NCBI RefSeq assembly: GCF_009914755.1
Contig: NC_060937.1
Reading direction: 5' to 3' (one strand)
DNA length: 64,000 bases
DNA from: the human T2T-CHM13v2.0 reference genome, Homo sapiens
Position 1 is the first letter of the stretch, and each line of letters begins with the position of its first letter. The translations under genes were made by a program, and so were the position numbers. Below the pieces are notes generated by a model that was given only the letters and a program-made list of their open reading frames with translations, was not told where the DNA came from and made no database searches. Shown one piece after another: positions 57,545-64,000 of the stretch.

Positions 57545-58690
57545 TTCACTAATTCATCCATTCATTCTTTTATTAAGCAGTTGGGCACTGTTCTAGATGC
57601 TAGGGATATAACAATTAAAACCAACAAAACCCCTGCCTGTATTTTGGAGAAGTAGGGTGTGCAGTATCATGGGAGAAGATAGATTACAAAACAAAAGAAA
57701 AATATATAGTGTCTATATGGTGATAAGAGCTATGAGACACACAAAGCAGGTAAAAAAGTTGGAAGTTGATGCTAGCCAAGTGGATATACGGGGAAGAGCT
57801 TTAAGGGCAAATGCCAGAGCCAGAATAAAGGCCATTAGCAGAAGCTTACTTCACAGATTAAAGAACATTGTGACTGTTTTCCTGTGACTGTTACAGAAGG
57901 AGCAAGGGGAAGAGTCAAGGAAGATTAATTCAGAGAACAATTACATGCTTTCAGAGGATTGTTATGACTTTATTTTTGCTCTTGAGTGAGAGGAACAGCC
58001 ATTGAAAAGTTTTCAGCCTGATACCAATTTGAAAAGGATCACTCTGGTTACTTTGGTAAATAGGGAGAAAAGGTGGAAATAGGGAGACTAGTTAGGGGGC
58101 TGTTGCAGTTATTTAGTGAAAGAGCTCTGGAAAGTATTGAGACTCGATTAGATTTTTGATAAAGCATATCTAAAATATCTAAGACTCTAAAAGGTCAGCT
58201 TTTGGATATACTTTGGAGGTAGTGCCAGTAGGATTTTCTGTCACTGTGAACATGGGGTAAGGGAGCAAGAGAGGATTGAGAGGAGCAAGTAAGTGACCCC
58301 ATGAATTTTAGGCTGAAAAACTGAGCTGATGGAGTTGTCATTTACTGAGATGGGGAGGACTATAAAGAAATAAGTTTTGGCAGAGAAGATCAAATATTTG
58401 GTTATGGACATAGGTTATGGACATAGTTGTTTGAGATGCCTGATAGACATCTAAATGTAAAAATGAAGAACGTCTGGAGTTCAGAGGCGACATACAGGTT
58501 GGAGATAGAAATTTGGCATTGGCAGGATATGGACAGGATTTAGGTACCAGTGAAGTGAGTTCAGAGAAAAAGATAACTGAGAAATGAGTCCTTGGGAAAG
58601 CCAGTGTTTGTAAGTTGAGGAGATGCAGAGGAACCAGCAAAGGAGAATGAGGAGAACAAGGGAATAAGGAGAAAAAGCAGGAGAGTGTGG
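57545..58690 (-). mobile_element. L2 remnant
   Basis: ttcatccattcattc 3' end; aaaggatcactctgg; gagttgtcatttactgagatgggg. Confidence 0.7.
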
Positions 58691-58925
58691 TGTTTTAACT
58701 TGACCTACTTGAAGTTAAATCTCCTTTCTTCTTCATTGAGGATACTGATTGTCAAATAGACACAGGATAATAGATTAGAAAATCCTGTAATTATACATAA
58801 AGAACAGTCTCAGAATAACAATATCAATAATGCCCAATTGTTATAATTACTGAAAATACAGTTAATTTGTTTTTGCATATGTTATCTTCATTCTCCATCT
58901 TGCCATTTTTAAAATAGTTGAGGTA

Positions 58926-59320
58926 TGTTACAAGGTGAATTATGTTCCCCTAAAATTCACTAAAATTCTAACCCTCAGTAGCCCGTAATCTGACTGTTTT
59001 TGGAGACAGGGTCTTTAAAGAGGTAATTAAGGTTAAGTGAGGTCATTTGGTTATTGGGCCCTAATCCAATGTGACTAGTATCCTTATAAAGGGGAGGAAA
59101 TTAGGACACAGCCACACGCAAAGGGAAGACCATGTGAAGACACAGGAAAGAAAAGGTGGTTAGACTGTCTTCAAACCAAGGAGAGAGTCTCCAGAAGAAA
59201 ACCCTGCTGACACCCATATGTCAGATTTACAGCCTCCAGAACTATGAGAAATTAAACTTCTTTTATTTAAGCCATCCAGCCTCTGATTCTTTTTCATAGC
59301 AGACCCAGCAAGCTAATACA
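58926..59320 (+). mobile_element. MLT1-type MaLR solo LTR
   Basis: tgtt...ctaataca termini, ggagacagggtctttaaagaggtaattaagg; 5-bp TSD aggta / aggtc. Confidence 0.88.
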
Positions 59321-60099
59321 AGGTCTTATCTGTGTTGTGAGCGCACACAGTCACTACATACCATTGACTCTTAACTCTTACTTAATCATAGTTCTATAAG
59401 TACCTGTGTGTTTAAGGCTTATATTATTTCCTTATATTGATGTGTTTCGGCTGTGTTTTAGCTCTTTCTGTAGTAGATTCCTCAGGAAGAGTTCATGGAA
59501 ATAGTATTTCTTGAGAAATGCATTTTGATACTAGTTTGTAAGGGGCTTTATACTTTATACTTGAAAGCCATTTTGCCTGGCTATAAAATCCCTGACTTTT
59601 CTTTCTTTGGATGTCTTAAATATGCTACTAATTTTTCTCTGGCATGAGGTATTGGTATTGAAAGCCTGTTGACAATGTAGTATCTTCTCCATTACAAGGC
59701 ACTTAGTCTTGTTAGATGTTCAAAGGATTTTTTTTTTCTTTTTCCTTATATCTAGTAATTTTGGTAGATATGTATTGGTGTTGGTCACTGTGAGTTAATT
59801 TCTCAGGTATGTGGTGTCCACTTTCATATGTAGTTTGCATCTTTTCATATTTTAAGAAATTGTTCTTGTACTATACTTTTAGAATTTCTTCTATTTCCTT
59901 GCTTTGGTTTTCTTCTCCAGACACTTGACTATGCATGTTTATTTACTTTGCTTATCTTTAATATTTCTCTTAAATCACTCCTCATATTTCACTTTCTCTT
60001 AAATCTTTATCTCCTTCTTTATTTCTCTCTCATTTTAAAATTTAAAAGTAAAATAAAAATTACAGGAAAGCTACAAGCACTATCCCAGTCAGTTTTTTT

Positions 60100-61690
60100 C
60101 CTGAACCCTGAGAGTAACTACTGACATGATGGTTATTTAGGAATGTGTTTATTTCCACATATTTGTGAATTCATCAAATTCCTTTATATTATTGATTTCT
60201 AACATCCCAGTTTGGACAGATAATATACTTTGTATTATATCTGTCTTCATAAATTTATTCAGGTTTGTTTTATGACCTGAGTTTGGTCTATTCAGGGAAT
60301 GTTTCGTGTGTACATTTTTTTTTTGGAAACAGGGTCTCTCCTTCTGTCACCTAAGCTGGAGTGCAGTGGTGCAGTCCTAGCACACTGGAGCCTTAGACTC
60401 CTGGGCTCAGGCTATCCTCCTGCCTCAGCTCCTGGGTAGCTGGGACTATAGGCACAAGCCACTGTGCCTGACTAATTTTTCAGTTTTTTATGGAGACAGG
60501 GTCTTGCTCTGTTGCTCAAGCTAGTTTTGAACTCCTGGCCTCAAGTGATCCTCCTACCTCAGCCTCCCAAAGTGTTGTGATTACAGGCATGAGCCACTGA
60601 GCCCAGCTATGTGTACTTTAGAAGAATGTGTATTAAGCTGTTTTAGGATGGTGTGTTCTAGAGATGTCTGTTAGTTCTGTTTGGTTTTTGTTCAAATCTT
60701 CAGTTTCCTTCTTGATCTTATGAATGGAAAGTTGAGTATTGAAGTGCCCAACTATTATTATTAAGTTGTGTGTTTCTCCCTTCATTTCTTCAGAGATTTC
60801 TTCATGTATTTTGATGCTTTGTTGTTGGGTGCACATATGTTTACAATTGCTATATCCTCCTGATAATTGGCCCTTTTATCATTATCCAATGTCTTTTTAA
60901 TATCTAGTAATATATCTTGTTTTAAAGTCTATTTTGTCCGATATTAGCACAGCCATTCCAGCTTTCTTGTGGTTTCTTGATTTTTTCCCATTTTATTTAC
61001 TTTAAATATGTTTTTATCTTTGAATATTCTATAAACAGTATGTTATTGAATCTTATTTTATTATCCAGTCTGACAATCTCTGCCTTTTGATTTGATTGGT
61101 TATTTCATTCATCTTTAATGTGATTATCGATAATTAGGTTTCCATCTGTCATTTTATTTTTTGTTAGCTATGTGTCTCATGTTCTTTTTATTTCTTTATT
61201 TCTTCTTTACTGCTTTCTTTGGATTATGTGCTTATTTTCTTATATAGCATTTTCAATTTTTAAATAATTTTTTTCACTTAAAAAACATTTCTTTAGTGAT
61301 TGCAGTAGAGCTTACCATATACATCTTAACTCACTGGAATCAGCCCCAGATTTATATTAATTTTATCCTAGTGAGTTATATAAATGTTACTTCTATAGAG
61401 CTCTATTTGTTTTCTCTGTTTTTGTGATATTATTGTTATACATATAGTATCTGTATATGTTACGAACCCAACATGACGTAATTATTACTTCATATAATTG
61501 TGTCTTTTAAAGAAGCTGAGAGAAGAAAGATACAGTATATGTTTATAGATTTTGTTATATTGATCTTCTGATTTATCATTTATGAATCTCTTCATTTGTT
61601 TCTGTGGATTCAGTTACCACTTGGAGTCGTTTCCTTAGCTCAGTACAACTTTGCTTCCATCTACCTTCTTTGTTATGCTGAAGTGGTCCA
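60100..61690 (-). mobile_element. Old L1M fragment (ORF2 EN region and upstream)
   Basis: ORF 60633..60836 IIIVGHFNTQLS...ELTDISRTHHPKTA is L1 endonuclease-like. Confidence 0.75.
60315..60607 (-). mobile_element. AluJ-like
   Basis: Diverged antisense dimer; TSD tgtgtac. Confidence 0.9.
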
Positions 61691-62093
61691 TACTGAAAAG
61701 AATGCATCATACTCTACTTATTTGAGTGTAATTAGTACAAAATATATTCATACCTTCTTTTCTTCTTTTAAAATAATTATAACAGTTTTATTGAAGTGTA
61801 ATTTACATGCCATACAAATCATTAATGTTAAGTGTACAAGTCAATTATTTTTTTATAAACTTACAAAGTTGTGCGGACATCACTACAATTTAATTTTAGA
61901 ACATTTCTATCACCCCAGAAGGATCCTACCTGCCTATTTGCAGTCACTCCTCATTCTCATCCATCTCCTCCTAGTCATACAGATTTATATAATAATTCTT
62001 CCTCTGAAAATCCTTCTGAAAGAAATAATACGGTAAACATTGATATTTATATAAAGGCTTATACTTTTATGTAAAATATTTTCTTTAAAAAAA

Positions 62094-62388
62094 ATTTTTT
62101 AAGACTCAAGGTCTCACTCTGTCACCCAGGGTGGAGTGCAGTGGCATGATCATGGCTCATTGTGGTCTCAAAATCCTGGACTTGGTGATCCTTCCACCTC
62201 AGCCTCATGAAGAGCTGGAACTACAGGCGTGTGACACCACACTTGGCTAATTTTTAATTTTTTGGTAGAGATGGGGTCTCTCTGTGTGTTGTCCAGGCTG
62301 ATCTCAAACTCCGGGCCTCAAGTGATCCTCCCACCTTGGCCTCTCAAAGTGCTAAGATTACAGGTGTAAGCATAGTACATGTCCGCCT
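62094..62388 (-). mobile_element. AluJ-like
   Basis: Diverged antisense dimer. Confidence 0.9.
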
Positions 62389-64000
62389 TTATATATAAAT
62401 TTAAAGACATAGAAATAACCTAATACTGCAAGTAAGGAAAGATAAGAAAATTTTCTTCATTTAATGGATTCTATGTTTATATTGAAATTACATTATACAC
62501 TTTTTTTAAACCTAAAACTTGTAGATTTATTACATAAACTTGTTTTCCTCCTACAAACCAAAATAGCGTATGGTATGTATCATGGACTCAGAAAAACTAA
62601 GACCAATCAATGTTTTTCCAAATAAAAATAGGTTTTATTAGATATCTTACATTTCCACAAAATGATTTTAAATCTTTTAAGAGAATATATTAAAATTTGT
62701 TAATTCCAGTGTAAGCAGTATGAACAAAATGAAAGCAAGAGTTTTGTTCTAGACAATGGGATGTACAAATGTTTCAGCAGTGGTAAATTGCAGACACGGA
62801 AAGCTGATTTCAGTGTTTAACAACTTATCTGTGTGTTTTAATTCAGTCACTGTTTTTTTGAATGCAGGTATGCTGAGTTCTTAAGCATTCTAGTGATAAC
62901 ACTACCCTCCTCATTCAAAAAAAAGTATTATCAATGACATACTTCAGACTACAGCATACACAAATTTTTAATCGTTCATGTTGCTCTTGTCTTGGCACAT
63001 GCCTGATAACTAATGGTTTGCATCCAGTTTTCTTTTAGATAGTCTCTACACGCTAGTCCAGAAGTAAAAACTGACATGTTTGGTCTGCACAGTGTTAAAA
63101 TGTTTGAATTAAATTTTAAAATATAGTGATTTTAGATAAAAATTCAGATTTCATGTTTCTCTTGAAAAATATGGAAGAACTAGCAACATTGAACAGTTGA
63201 CTTGAGCTGAGGAGTGGGGGCCACTTTTAGAAAGGACAAATCTTCTCTAGTTTGAGGAAGTCCCCATCTGGCCCAATTCACTTATATGCATATCTGTATG
63301 CCTCCCGTAAGAACTTGAGTTTGGGACATTTAATTTAACCTTATAACATTAGAGTAAGAAAATTAGAGCCACATCAGCCTAATGATTTGCTCAGCATGAA
63401 AAAGATAATTAGTGGCAGAGTCAGGATTTTAAGATGATTTCACTATCGAAACATTGAATATGGAGTATAAATCAGAAGACTTAGAATTACGTGCTGGCCC
63501 CTTCTACATCTTAATTTCTGTAACATTCAGTTTTCATAGTTGTAAGTTGAAATTAATAGTAATACTGATATGTGATTATTGCAAAGGTTAAATATTATTT
63601 ATCATTATTAGATTCATATCTGCAGAGCAATTTTAACCACATCTAACAATACCTTTCTTGTTATAGATGGCATAGGTTTAGTTCTTGTGTTTCATAAAAA
63701 GTAATAACATGTTTTAATGAACTTCTCTTCTGAGTTTTGTATGTATATTGTGATATTATTATTGAGTAGCATTGGTATTTCATAGGTTGATTTGCTTTTT
63801 AGTAAAGATGTGAATATTTTTACATGTTAACTTTTTATAGCCTCAAATGATAGTCATTTTTCTCTATAAGTAATTCATGTGCCAGGCACTGTTTATTTAC
63901 ACAAATACTTTTTAAAGTGTTAACAAGAAAAATTCAACTTAAGCTCTGATGTAGTCAAGTAACATCCTATTTATATATAATATCAGGTTTGATATTTTTT

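Noticed and set aside
63600-64000. Next NBEA exon
   Set aside because: No frame encoding the expected continuation after GPGYK was found; it probably starts beyond the window end.

Overview
Primate (very probably human) AT-rich intronic DNA from the 5' part of neurobeachin (NBEA), + strand. The first ~35 kb is the end of the very long first intron. Seven intact GT-AG coding exons follow (exons 2-8 by recalled numbering; 232, 101, 96, 122, 127, 120 and 147 nt), splicing into one stop-free 315-codon frame (LVGGEFDLEM...HQLGPGYK). The next exon lies beyond the window. The rest is mostly interspersed repeats: about 12 Alus, a near-full-length old antisense L1 fused to a second L1 3' end, other L1/L2/MIR remnants, three MaLR solo LTRs, DNA transposon fossils and microsatellites. 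Almost all ORF-track entries are repeat-derived noise. The most unusual item is a ~540 bp GC-rich retro-insertion at 8959-9501. It has a poly(A) tail, a target-site duplication and an L1 endonuclease site, yet it carries an unspliced ADCY7-like exon with both flanking splice sites, antisense to the poly(A). I see no evidence of a new multi-gene system. Gene and repeat subfamily names come from recognition, not database searches, and boundaries of old repeats are approximate.
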